Shown in pieces: positions 47,075 to 57,400 of a DNA stretch of 64,000 bases (position 1 is its first letter; every line of letters begins with the position of its first letter). Source of the stretch: Candidatus Kapaibacterium sp. (lineage in GTDB: Bacteria > Bacteroidota > Ignavibacteria > Kapaibacteriales > UBA4661); the NCBI GenBank assembly GCA_004292595.1, contig RDXM01000083.1:79215-143214 (forward strand). The letters run 5' to 3'. Below the pieces are notes generated by a model that saw nothing but the letters and a program-made list of their open reading frames with translations, was not told the origin of the DNA and ran no database searches. Both the position numbers and the translations under genes were made by a program.

Positions 47075-47974
47075 ATGACCAGTTCCAATAGCCACCACGC
47101 CTCGCGCGATGAACTCGTCGCAATGAATCTTTCGTTGCTGACAAGCCTTGTGATGCTGGTGCTGAAGTGGTCGGCGTATTGGGTAACGCAATCAGCAGCC
47201 GCTTTTTCCGACGCGCTAGAAACGATTGTTCACCTTGCGGCTGTTGGCTTTGCAGCGTACAGTCTGCGCGTGGTCTATCGTCCGCCCGACAGCGACCATC
47301 ATTTTGGGCATGATAAAATCGCGTATTTTTCTTCGGGAATTGAAGGCGTTCTTGTTGTGGGCGCAGGAATTATCATCATTTTCGAGGCTATTGAAAAATG
47401 GTTGCGCGGTATTCATCTGCAAGAATTGGGCGTAGGAATACTCCTGCTTTCCGTTGCAGCCCTCATCAATACTATCTTGGGGACGTATCTTCTGCGCAAA
47501 GGACGCAAAAAATCCTCGCTCATTCTTGAAGCAAACGGAAAGCACATTTTAAGCGATGTGTGGACGAGCGTTGGCGTGGTTGCTGGGCTGGGGCTGGCAT
47601 GGTGGACAGGAATCACCGCTTTCGACCCCATTATTGCGATTCTTTTCGCACTGTACATCATCAAAGAAGGCGGCGAAATGGTGCATAAAGCCTCGCGCGG
47701 ACTTATGGATGCAAGCAATCCCGACCTCGAACACCGCGCCCGCACTGTCTTGGAGCAGTTTTGCACCTTTGAACATCTCACCTTTCATCGCTTTCGCCTC
47801 CGAGAAAGCGGCACCTGCGTCTATATTGATGTTCACCTGCAATTTCCCGCAGAGATGAGTATTGATGAGGCGCACAAGATAGCCAGCCGTGCAGAGCGCG
47901 TCATTGCTGAGGCATTAAAGCAAAATGCTGATATTACCACGCATCTTGAACCAGAAAATGATGAAGAAGAATAG
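47075..47974 (+). CDS. Cation diffusion facilitator (CDF) family metal efflux transporter.
   Basis: Six TM helices, HxxxD-type motifs (SDALETIVHL, HFGHDK), and the C-terminal cytoplasmic domain typical of CzcD/FieF. Confidence 0.85.
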   Translation: MTSSNSHHASRDELVAMNLSLLTSLVMLVLKWSAYWVTQSAAAFSDALETIVHLAAVGFAAYSLRVVYRPPDSDHHFGHDKIAYFSSGIEGVLVVGAGIIIIFEAIEKWLRGIHLQELGVGILLLSVAALINTILGTYLLRKGRKKSSLILEANGKHILSDVWTSVGVVAGLGLAWWTGITAFDPIIAILFALYIIKEGGEMVHKASRGLMDASNPDLEHRARTVLEQFCTFEHLTFHRFRLRESGTCVYIDVHLQFPAEMSIDEAHKIASRAERVIAEALKQNADITTHLEPENDEEE

Positions 47975-47984
47975 CTGCTGTTTC

Positions 47985-48686
47985 TCACAAAGCATCAGGA
48001 TTCATGCCGAGTTCACGGAGTTTTGCCGCAAGTGTAGCGGTATATGTTTTGGTAGCGTCCAGTTCAGCACGGGTATCATCCAATTCCGCATTAATTTCTG
48101 CATAGCTTAGAAATGGCTCTCCATCAGGCTTTCTGAGGACAAGCTCACCTGACGACATATCAAACATAATCCCCAAGCGCGGACTTTTCCAATCGTTCAT
48201 ATCAGGAATTTCTTCCAGTGCCTCATCGTTTTCAGTGAATCGAATAAGACCGCTTAATTGCTTGTGTTCAAGGTCGTAAACGTAATATTCCTGCACACCG
48301 TATCGCTCAAAAAATGCGGCTTTTCGCATCATTTCTGACTGCGTATTGGAATCAGACAAAAACTCAAACACCACCTGCGGCGGCGTATTTTCTTCGTTCC
48401 ACTGGCGATACGATTTTCGCGCTCCCTTGGGACGACCCAATGCCACCATCACATCAGGCGCGACCGCAATCTTCGTCTTGCCTTTGACGGGATACCAAAA
48501 TAAATCCCCTGCAACAAATACATCATCACGGTTAGCAAAGACAGATTCTATGCCGTGTTTCGTTGTGGTGATGCGCTCAAAGTGTTCAGAACTGTTTGCC
48601 ATGGGTTGTCCATCGGAATCAGGGTAAAAAATATCGCCTTCCCACGACGAGAGATTTGGCAAAGCCTGTAAAGTTGCGGTTTCCAT
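47985..48686 (-). CDS. Uma2 family endonuclease. Copy 2, an inverted paralog of 42927..43727 that lacks the tandem repeat.
   Basis: About 75% amino-acid identity to copy 1 along the whole length (YPDSDGQPMANS...DLFWYPVKG...). The start is taken at METATLQ. Confidence 0.8.
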   Translation of the reverse strand: METATLQALPNLSSWEGDIFYPDSDGQPMANSSEHFERITTTKHGIESVFANRDDVFVAGDLFWYPVKGKTKIAVAPDVMVALGRPKGARKSYRQWNEENTPPQVVFEFLSDSNTQSEMMRKAAFFERYGVQEYYVYDLEHKQLSGLIRFTENDEALEEIPDMNDWKSPRLGIMFDMSSGELVLRKPDGEPFLSYAEINAELDDTRAELDATKTYTATLAAKLRELGMNPDAL

Positions 48687-48803
48687 AGCATTTTTCCTGC
48701 AAAAGTGGGCGAATTGTCTCCACCGAAATATAGAGTTTTTTGGGGCAAAAGTCAAGAGCGATAATGCTCTACATTCAACAAACAAGCCGCATAGAGAGCT
48801 TTA

Positions 48804-49502
48804 TCACGGCAATTTCTTCACAAACTCTTGCACTTTCCGTCCATCCAGAAGCGGCGCACCATGCCCAAAGCAGATAATTTCTGGCTTTAATGCCGCTATT
48901 TTGCGAATGGAATCACGATTTTGTGGGACGTTTGCGGTGAATGCCGTTGGCGGCTCACTCACGCCCGGAAGCCCTGTTATGAGGTTCATTCCATTCAAGA
49001 CATCGCCCAGAATCAAGCATTTATCAGCTTCTCGCCAAAATGCAATATGCCCTGCCGTGTGTCCAGGCGTTTCGAGAACGCGAAAGCCAGCAACCATGTC
49101 ACCTTCGACCAAACTCCGCGCCACAGAATACGCCTCACCCGCCCAGACGCGCCCGATAAGACCAAGCAAACCTTGATTTTGAGGATTATTTTTCAACCCC
49201 CGCTCCATATCATACTTGTCAAGCGCACCGCACCACAACGGCACATTATACGCCTCGCAAACAGCCTTACTTGCGCCTTGATGGTCAGGATGGACGTGGG
49301 TAAGCGCGTGCGCTACAAGGCGTATGGACACTCGTTCTGGCTGCACAAAAAAGCTCTGAAGTGTGCGCAGTAAACGCCGCTCCATGAAGCGCGTTCCAGC
49401 ATCAATCAGCACGGCATCGTTTCCGTCTGCGATAAGATAGGTATTGATAATGTTGTTTGGAAAACCTGATATTTTCCAGAGGTTGGGGGCTACAAGGCGC
49501 AT
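48804..49502 (-). CDS. MBL-fold metallo-hydrolase.
   Basis: HALTHVHPDHQG (HxHxDH), with downstream His and Asp ligands (TPGHTAGH). Confidence 0.8.
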   Translation of the reverse strand: MRLVAPNLWKISGFPNNIINTYLIADGNDAVLIDAGTRFMERRLLRTLQSFFVQPERVSIRLVAHALTHVHPDHQGASKAVCEAYNVPLWCGALDKYDMERGLKNNPQNQGLLGLIGRVWAGEAYSVARSLVEGDMVAGFRVLETPGHTAGHIAFWREADKCLILGDVLNGMNLITGLPGVSEPPTAFTANVPQNRDSIRKIAALKPEIICFGHGAPLLDGRKVQEFVKKLP

Positions 49503-49528
49503 AATTACTTGCTTTTTATGGTTAAAAA

Positions 49529-51700
49529 TTATTTTCTCGAAACAGCTTTCACTAAATCTTCAACGGCTGGCATAATCATAATATCCGTAAAAGCGCGTGG
49601 TTGCTTGGCTCGCTGGATAAGAAGCATGGTAATTTCTTTCCATTGCGGCGTGGCGGGAATATTGTTCTCCAGCATAGAAAGCGCGTCCAGACTGACTTGC
49701 GAGAGCATTGAGAGCAAGAGCGAATGCTCTTCGATGTCGCGCAAACGCGGCGCAGTTTCTATGAGACGGACAAACGGCGTATGATTGTCTTTCCACAGCT
49801 GAAGATGCCTGATAAGCACTGCTTTATCTGCGTCTGTAGCCTCTGCAAGCGTAGAATTGGTGCGGCTTTGCAGGTATCGTTTCATTGTTGCACGAAAATG
49901 TCTGGCTGTGCGAGAATCGGGGCGAACAACATCAGGAATACTCGTAAGCGGCAAAAACGTCGAATAATTCGGCTGCCCCAAAAGCTGGCCGCGCTTGTAT
50001 TCTTTCACCGTTTCCAGCACTTCTATCAGGTTCTGAAGCGGCTTTACGTCGTTTTCTTGAGGAAAAGGAATCTGCGGCGACTGCACCAAACGCCGGAGCA
50101 AGACAGGCACATTTCGCTCGTGCGTCGAGCCTTTTTCTTCCAAAAGCGTGGAAATGGCATCCAGTCTGCGGTACATATCCGCTACATTATTTTGCCCAGA
50201 TTTCGACCACAACCGCTCCGCAATCGCCGCCGTGCGAGGCCAGATGCGGGAATCAAGAATATCTTTGTCCACCCACTCGCTCCACATCGTTGCCTCGCCG
50301 CCAGCAATGAGCTTTGCCTCTGCGGGACTCAGTTTTACGCTGTCTGGCAAGGGTTCGTTCAGATAATGAAACTCAGTGCTTTGGTTCAAATCAATGTAGT
50401 ACCCGTGCGAGAGGAGCGCGGTGTAGCCTTGCCGTGCCGCTTTATACATTGCTTCTTTGCCTTGCCACGACTGAATCATAATGGACTTAGGAACGCCCTC
50501 CACAAAAATCTCATCCCAGCCCATCATTTTTTTATTATTTTTTGTTAGGATTCCTAATAAGCGTTTATTGAAGTAATTTTGTAATGCTTCTTTCGTGGGG
50601 AGATTATTCGCTTTCATAAAGGCTTGAATATCAGGATTTGCCGCCCATTGCTTGCCGTTGTTTTCATCGCCGCCGATGTGAAAATACTCATCGGGAAATA
50701 ACTCGCACATTTCCTTGAAAAAACCATCCAAAAACGTATAGGTTTCCTCTTTGGTAGGATTCATAACTGGGCTATTACGCCCAAAGCGGCGGTCTATTTT
50801 ATACGGACCACCAAAGGTTGCCGTGCTACCGCTTGAAAATTCAGGATAACCAATGTACCATGCGGTACTGTGTCCAGGCAAATCAAACTCAGGAATGATG
50901 CGGATTCCACGCTCATCAGCATAGCGGATAATACCGCGCATTTCTTCTTGGGTGAAGTATTGCCCATCTGAACCCATTTCATGGAGCTTTGGAAATAGTT
51001 TGGACTCCAAACGAAATCCTTGGTCATCGCTTAAATGCAAATGCAGCACGTTCATCTTCACTGCTTCTAATAAATCAAGCTGGCGTTTGACCACATCCAC
51101 CGAAAAGAAATGCCGTGCTACGTCCAGCATCAGCCCTCGCCAAGGAAAGCGAGGTTTGTCGTTCACAGCAAGCGCAGGAATGTAGTAGCCATCGGCATCG
51201 GAAGCGACAAGCTGCGCAAGCGTGGAAAGCCCGCGTATTGCGCCAATATCCGTCTCTGCTTGAATAGTAATTGTCTCTGGCGTTACCGTGAGCGTATAGC
51301 CTTCATTTTCGCCAAACTCGACTTTTCCTGCTCGCTTGCAATGCACAACAATACTTGGAAGCAGCACCGTATCTTGTGGCGTAAGGTAGCCTTGCCCAAA
51401 ATGAATACCCGTGCGATTGCCAACGCTCCGCAAAAAGCGACTCGCCGCGCTGTACAAGCGTTGATGCGGGTTGCCCTGTATCTGTATCGCACTGCTCGTT
51501 GCAAGACGGAATTTCCCTTCTTTCACGGATATTTCCGACGGAAACGGCATGAGTGCAAGCGTTTGAGCCGTTGATTGAAGTCTGGATTGATTGTCCAATA
51601 ACGATATTTTTGAATTTTTGCTTTGTGCAATAACGTCAAGCACAGAAGTAAGCAAGCAACATCCACAAAGAATGGCGAGTTTGGGACGTGAAAAAAACAT
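49529..51700 (-). CDS. Beta-N-acetylhexosaminidase (GH20) with a signal peptide.
   Basis: The GH20 catalytic region RGLMLDVARHFF...HLHLSDDQGFR...IPEFDLPGHSTAW. The start is taken at MFFSRPKLAIL (a signal peptide); the track ORF is extended upstream. Confidence 0.85.
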   Translation of the reverse strand: MFFSRPKLAILCGCCLLTSVLDVIAQSKNSKISLLDNQSRLQSTAQTLALMPFPSEISVKEGKFRLATSSAIQIQGNPHQRLYSAASRFLRSVGNRTGIHFGQGYLTPQDTVLLPSIVVHCKRAGKVEFGENEGYTLTVTPETITIQAETDIGAIRGLSTLAQLVASDADGYYIPALAVNDKPRFPWRGLMLDVARHFFSVDVVKRQLDLLEAVKMNVLHLHLSDDQGFRLESKLFPKLHEMGSDGQYFTQEEMRGIIRYADERGIRIIPEFDLPGHSTAWYIGYPEFSSGSTATFGGPYKIDRRFGRNSPVMNPTKEETYTFLDGFFKEMCELFPDEYFHIGGDENNGKQWAANPDIQAFMKANNLPTKEALQNYFNKRLLGILTKNNKKMMGWDEIFVEGVPKSIMIQSWQGKEAMYKAARQGYTALLSHGYYIDLNQSTEFHYLNEPLPDSVKLSPAEAKLIAGGEATMWSEWVDKDILDSRIWPRTAAIAERLWSKSGQNNVADMYRRLDAISTLLEEKGSTHERNVPVLLRRLVQSPQIPFPQENDVKPLQNLIEVLETVKEYKRGQLLGQPNYSTFLPLTSIPDVVRPDSRTARHFRATMKRYLQSRTNSTLAEATDADKAVLIRHLQLWKDNHTPFVRLIETAPRLRDIEEHSLLLSMLSQVSLDALSMLENNIPATPQWKEITMLLIQRAKQPRAFTDIMIMPAVEDLVKAVSRK

Positions 51701-51783
51701 ACAATTTTGCGTGAAGAGGTGATAAAATCTTGTTTTCTTGGGATTTTTCTTCGTGCGCCCAAGATAATGAATACAAGACAACA

Positions 51784-51826
51784 AAAAAAATGCCACGAAA
51801 GATTCTCCTTTCGTGGCATTTTTTCT
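51784..51826. terminator. Terminator hairpin downstream of the minus-strand gene at 51864..52757.
   Basis: aaaaaaaatgccacgaaagattctcctttcgtggcattttttct: an 11 bp stem flanked by A and T tracts. Confidence 0.5.
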
Positions 51827-51863
51827 GATAAACTCTTTGTGGCAAATTCCTTGGGCAAAGCCT

Positions 51864-52757
51864 TTACTGCTTGGTGAACTTCGTAATTGTGCGTTCTTTG
51901 CCATTCGACGCAACAATAGAATATACGCCGCTTGGCAAGCTCTTTACATCAACAAAGCGCGAGCCTTGTTTCAGTGGCACATCGCCAAGCACTTCTTCGC
52001 CGAGCGCATTCACAAATGATACCGTACAATCTTTGCTAGTTTGGACGAGTAAACGTCCATTTTGTGCGGCAGGTGCGGCGGAAAGGCTGATTTTTTCAGG
52101 TGCTTCCAGTGCCGCTGTGACTGAACCCGTTGTTGAACGCGCCCAGAGATTATACCGCGCATAGCCAATAACTTCAGCCTCTGCGCCTGTTCTGGGGCGA
52201 TAAATGATTGCATCGCTCCACTGCAAGAAATCAAATGGATACGGTCCGACGGTATGTCCATGCGTAACCAAGAGCGTGTTTGTCCCTGCTGGCGGAAGTG
52301 CATTGACGCGAGTGCGCAGTTCGGGCAAGCGTTGGTCGTTGGTGTACACAGTAAAAGTCAGTGCGGTGGAAATTACCATGTTCAGCCCAGTATTCATTAA
52401 TACGCCTGTTTCGTAGCAACGGCAAAACTCGCTCACCGTCAGGCTTGAAATCGGGATGCGCAAACGCCGAATAGCACGACCGATGTTTGCTGCCTCCGTG
52501 CGTCCGACAATATCGAGCTGCCGCGCAGAGTTCACATCGCACGACTTCCACCATTGAGATTCGACAGAGCCAAAAGGCACTGGGTCGCTGCTTCCATTCG
52601 GAAACGTTCCAAAGGGCGCAGTAGAATGGCGAAAAATGATAACGTAGCCGCCTTGACGAAGGAAGGTCAAATCAGAAAGTTCTGCTACTGGCACTTGCGC
52701 AAATGCCTCAAGGCTTGCAACAGCACATAAAATGAGTACACTGAGAAAATATTTCAT
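51864..52757 (-). CDS. Secreted histidine-phosphatase-superfamily-like protein with a T9SS C-terminal sorting domain.
   Basis: Signal peptide. The N-terminal motif IIFRHSTAP (RH of the His-phosphatase fold) and a later THG motif. The C-terminal roughly 70 aa (CTVSFVNALGEEV...LPSGVYSIVASNGKERTITKFTKQ) fits the Por-secretion tail pattern. Confidence 0.5.
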   Translation of the reverse strand: MKYFLSVLILCAVASLEAFAQVPVAELSDLTFLRQGGYVIIFRHSTAPFGTFPNGSSDPVPFGSVESQWWKSCDVNSARQLDIVGRTEAANIGRAIRRLRIPISSLTVSEFCRCYETGVLMNTGLNMVISTALTFTVYTNDQRLPELRTRVNALPPAGTNTLLVTHGHTVGPYPFDFLQWSDAIIYRPRTGAEAEVIGYARYNLWARSTTGSVTAALEAPEKISLSAAPAAQNGRLLVQTSKDCTVSFVNALGEEVLGDVPLKQGSRFVDVKSLPSGVYSIVASNGKERTITKFTKQ

Positions 52758-52826
52758 AGTTCTTACAGAAAATATTTCAAGGTTGAAAAGAAAATTGGGT
52801 AAAGGAACATCAGAACAATAACGCTG

Positions 52827-53717
52827 CTAGAATTTCACAAACTTCGTTGAAACCCGCTTCGTTGCTGTGCCAGCAGTGATGATGTATGTGCCAGCAGCCC
52901 ACGCAGACACGTTCAGATTGCGCGTACCTTGAACATCCGCCTCGCTGTACACTTCTTGCCCAAGCACATTAACAATCGAAATATCACATTTTTTGCCCGC
53001 TTGGAGGAGAATCTGCTCTGCGCTGGGATTGGGAGAAACCGAAACGCTGAGGTCGCTCGCTTGTGTAGTGGCAGCATTTGCAACCGAAGTACCCGTTGTT
53101 GCTTGCGCCCACGTTGGGTAGCGGATTACTCCCACGCGGCTCGCTGTTGCATTGGTAGAATTATACCGATAGACAACGGCATCGCTCCAACCAACGATAA
53201 AATCAAATTCTCCTTGCGACGTGCCATGCGTCCAAACGACCGTGTTTGTGCCAGCAACAGGGGCTTGGTTTACAATATCACGCAAGCCAAGAACGCGCTC
53301 TGCATCGGGATAGACGACCATACTCGCGGCACTGGAAAGCTGAATGGTTGTGTTCATATTCATCAGCACAGCAGATTCATATGCACGGCAATACTCGCTG
53401 GAAATCAAGCGTCCGACACGGTAATTCTGACGGCGCATCACATTACCAATCGTCATAGCTTCTACACGCCCAGTGGTGCTGAGTTGCCGCGCTGTTGCAG
53501 GGTCGCAAGATTTCCACCATTGCGAGTCCAAACTACCGCTAATATCAGTACCCGTGCCGCCTTGTATAAAATTTCCGCCTGGGGCAGACGCATGGCGGAA
53601 AAATAAAATATAGCCGCCTTGTCGCAAAATATTCAGGTCGGTAATATCTTGAGCAAAGCTCGGAAGAGCGCATAGAATCAAGCACAATGCACTCACAAAG
53701 AAACAATTTTTTTTCAT
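52827..53717 (-). CDS. Tandem paralog of the preceding gene, with the same T9SS C-terminal domain.
   Basis: LRQGGYILFFRHASAP...WWKSCD...VVWTHG...CDISIVNVLGQEV...GTYIITAGTATKRVSTKFVKF, roughly 45% identical to 51864..52757. Confidence 0.5.
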   Translation of the reverse strand: MKKNCFFVSALCLILCALPSFAQDITDLNILRQGGYILFFRHASAPGGNFIQGGTGTDISGSLDSQWWKSCDPATARQLSTTGRVEAMTIGNVMRRQNYRVGRLISSEYCRAYESAVLMNMNTTIQLSSAASMVVYPDAERVLGLRDIVNQAPVAGTNTVVWTHGTSQGEFDFIVGWSDAVVYRYNSTNATASRVGVIRYPTWAQATTGTSVANAATTQASDLSVSVSPNPSAEQILLQAGKKCDISIVNVLGQEVYSEADVQGTRNLNVSAWAAGTYIITAGTATKRVSTKFVKF

Positions 53718-53781
53718 AAAAAAGTGGTTGGATGAAACAGAAGCAAAAAAAAGAAATTTTCAAAAAAATTTCACGGCAAAA

Positions 53782-54363
53782 CTACAAAGAAATTTCGCCC
53801 AACGTGAGGGAAAAATTTGGTAACACATCTTCACCAAATAGAACACTGTCCGCACCTTGCACAAGAGTAACAGAGCTATCTGCACGGTAAATATGTACCT
53901 CCAAAGTATCGGCATTGATAAGCCACGCCAAGCGGCAACCGTTCTTTATCCATTCCTGCATTTTTGCTTGTAGATTCGGCAAATGGTCGCTCTGGGACAT
54001 GAGTTCAATCACGAAATCAGGGCAGATTGGCGCGAAGCGTTTTTGCTCGCTCTCGGAAAGGGCATTCCAGCGTTCATATGTGATGAAAGCGGCATCGGGA
54101 GAGCGCACGGCTGTATTCGGAAGTTTGAAACCTGTGGAAGAATCAAAAATTCGTCCGCTTTTGTATTTCAAATTCCATATTCCTAAATAAATGATAATGT
54201 TTGCATTGCGTGTTCCTGTTTCACTTCCAGTTAAGCCCATGATAAAAATTTCTCCTTCGGCAGAGCGTTCAAATTTTAATTGTTTATTTGCTTGGCAAAA
54301 TGCGAAAAACTGCTCATCGCTGAGTCCACCAAGTGTATCGAATTTTATTTCTTGGACTTCCAT
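53782..54363 (-). CDS. Uma2 family endonuclease. Copy 3, short form.
   Basis: 193 aa with FERSAEGEIFIM...PDAAFITYERW...PDFVIELMSQSD, matching the PD-(D/E)xK Uma2 core. Confidence 0.7.
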   Translation of the reverse strand: MEVQEIKFDTLGGLSDEQFFAFCQANKQLKFERSAEGEIFIMGLTGSETGTRNANIIIYLGIWNLKYKSGRIFDSSTGFKLPNTAVRSPDAAFITYERWNALSESEQKRFAPICPDFVIELMSQSDHLPNLQAKMQEWIKNGCRLAWLINADTLEVHIYRADSSVTLVQGADSVLFGEDVLPNFSLTLGEISL

Positions 54364-54466
54364 AGCTGAAGATTGGTAGGATTTGAAACAAAAATGAGAC
54401 CCTCAAGGAGAATTGAGAGTCTCACAATGGACTATGAGCTACTGTGAGCTATATTTGCACAACACT

Positions 54467-57400
54467 CTAAAACTTTCCAAACGCCGCATCAGTCAAGGCT
54501 TCTTGCTCCAAGTTGTGGACGGCATTAAAGCCCGTTGCTGGGCTTGCCGATGCCTTGCGACCAGCATAACGAAGGCGTTGGCTGATAAGAAGCAGTTCCG
54601 CAAAAAGCGGCGCGACAAACGTCCACGCACCCGCATTTTTCGGCTCTTCTTGCACCCAAACCACATCTTGTGCGCGTTCATATTTTTGCAAAATGGCGCG
54701 TACTTTTGCTTCGTGGAAGGGATAAATTTGCTCAAGACGCACAATCGCAACGTCGTCTGCGCCAAGTTTGGTGCGCTTTGCAAGCAAATCGTAATAGACC
54801 TTGCCCGTTGAAAACAGAACACGGCGCACGTTTTCTGGCTTCACGCTTGCATCGTCAATCACTTCTTGGAACGCGCCTTCGGTGAAATCCTTCACGTGCG
54901 AGACGGCTTGCGGGTTGCGCAGCATACTTTTGGGCGACATGACCACAAGAGGCTTCCTAAAATCACGCTTTACCTGACGGCGCAGCGCGTGGAAGATTTG
55001 CGCGGGCGTAGTGAAATTGCCAATAATCATGTTGTCGTCGGCGCAGAGCTGCAAGAACCGCTCCAGACGTGCGCTGGAGTGTTCGGGACCTTGTCCTTCG
55101 TAGCCGTGCGGCAAAAGCAGCACCAAACCTGAGGTTTGCGCCCATTTCGCCTCGCCAGAGGCAAGAAATTGGTCAATAATTGTTTGTGCGCCGTTGGCAA
55201 AATCGCCGAACTGCCCTTCCCAAATCGTGAGTCCTTTCGGGCGCGTCACGCTGTAACCGTACTCATAGCCCATGACGGCAAATTCCGAAAGCGCGGAATC
55301 ATACACTGAGAACTGCGCTTGGTCTGGGCGCAAACGATTCAGCAAAATAAGGTCGCGCTCGTTGTTGTAATCCGTCAAAACCGAATGGCGGTGGCTGAAC
55401 GTCCCGCGAGCGGAATCTTCACCCGTAATGCGCACAGGAAAGCCTTCCATGACAAGGGACGCAAAAGCAAGTGCTTCGCCCATGCCCCAATCCATGCCTT
55501 TGTCGTGCAGCACCATTTCACCACGCTTTTTGAGCAAATCGCTCAGTTTCGGGTGCGGAGTAAAGTTTGCGGGAACGGCACTCAGTTTTTCGCCAATTTC
55601 ATTCACCATCGCCGTATCAATACTGGTTGTGACGGGTGCGAACATATCAATCACACGCGGTGGCGGCACTTCTTTCAGCTTTGTTTCTTTGCTTGCCGCG
55701 AAAGCATCATCCCATCGCTGCTGAATTTCCGCATAAATCGCGGCGGCTTCTTCTTTGGTAATAACTTTTGATTCTACCAAATAATCGCGGTACGGCTCGG
55801 ATGCCGACGGCAATGCTTTGATTTTTTTGTACAGCAAAGGCTGTGTGTATGCGGGTTCGTCGCCTTCGTTATGTCCGTATTTGCGATAGCAAAGAAGGTC
55901 AATCACCACATCCTCGCCAAAGGCTTGGCGGTATTCAATCGCAAAAGCGGCTGCGGTCAGGACTTCTTCGGGTTCGCCGCCGTTTACGTGGAGAATCGGC
56001 ACTTGCAGCATTTTTGCAATATCGGTACAATAAATCGTCGAGCGGGCATCTTCGGGGACAGTGGTGAAACCGATTTGATTGTTAATCACAATATGAATCG
56101 TGCCGCCTGTCTTGTAGGCGCGTAGCCGTGCGAGGTTCAGGGTTTCTTGCACAATTCCCAAGCCCGCCATTGCCGAATCGCCGTGAATCAAAATCGGCAG
56201 AACTTTTGAATAGGTGTCGTCCTTAATTTCGTCAATCCGCGCCCGCGCCATGCCCTCTACGACTGGATTGACCGCTTCCAAGTGGCTCGGATTCGGTGCA
56301 AGATTGATGTTGATTTGCTTGCCGTTCGGGTGCGTGTATTTGCCTTCCGCGCCCAAGTGATATTTCACATCGCCCGAGCTTTGAAACTGCGTTGGGTCGA
56401 GTTCATTCGTAAATTTTTTGAACATCGCCGCCGCCGATTTTCCCATGATATTGATGAGCGTATTCAAGCGACCACGATGCGCCATGCCCATATACACATC
56501 AGTAACGCCGCGCTCTGCAGCCAATTCCATAATTTTGTCAATCGCGGGAACGAAGGATTCGCCGCCCTCAACGGAAAACCGCTTCGAGCCGACAAATTTT
56601 GTGTGGATATACTTTTCAAACGATTCTGCTTCAACGAGCTTGCGCAGCACCCGCACTTTGGCTTCTTTGCTGTATTTTGCGTTGTTGTAAACGGTTTCAA
56701 ATCTATCCTTCACCCACGCCTTTTTGTCAAGCTCTTGAATGTGCATAAACTCAACGCCGATGCGCCCGCAATAGGTGTCGCGGAGCATCGTTAAAATATC
56801 ACGGAGCGGAGCGCGTTTGATGCCACCCAAGCCGCCCGTATCGAAATCTCGACTCAAGTCCCAAATTGTCAAGCCATAATAGGATATATCCAATTCGGGA
56901 TAGTAATATGCCTGCAAACCAAGCGGATTCATGTCCGCATACAAGTGTCCACGCACACGATAGGCATTGATAAGCTGTACAACTTTTGTTTCCTGTTCTA
57001 GCACTTCGGCGGTATCGCCACTGTAAAACGGGTTGTTGTTCAAATCAACAACCCACTTAAACGGCTCAAAAGGAATGCCTAAGCTGGCATAAATTTGGTC
57101 GTAAAAATTATCGTCGCCCTTGAGCAAATTTTCGATGTATTGCAAGAACTCACCCGACTCCGCGCCTTGAATAATACGGTGGTCGTAGGTATTGGTAATC
57201 GTCATTACTTTGCTCACAGCCATTGTTGCCAGCATTTGCGGTGCGAAGGCTTTCATTTCTGCGGGATAATCAATCGAACCCGCCGCAACAATCAAGCCCA
57301 TACCTTCCATGAGGCGCGGCACCGAAGCGTTTGTGCCAATCATGCCCGGATTCGTGAGCGATGCGGTTGTGCCAGAAAGGTCGTTCACATCGAGCTTATT

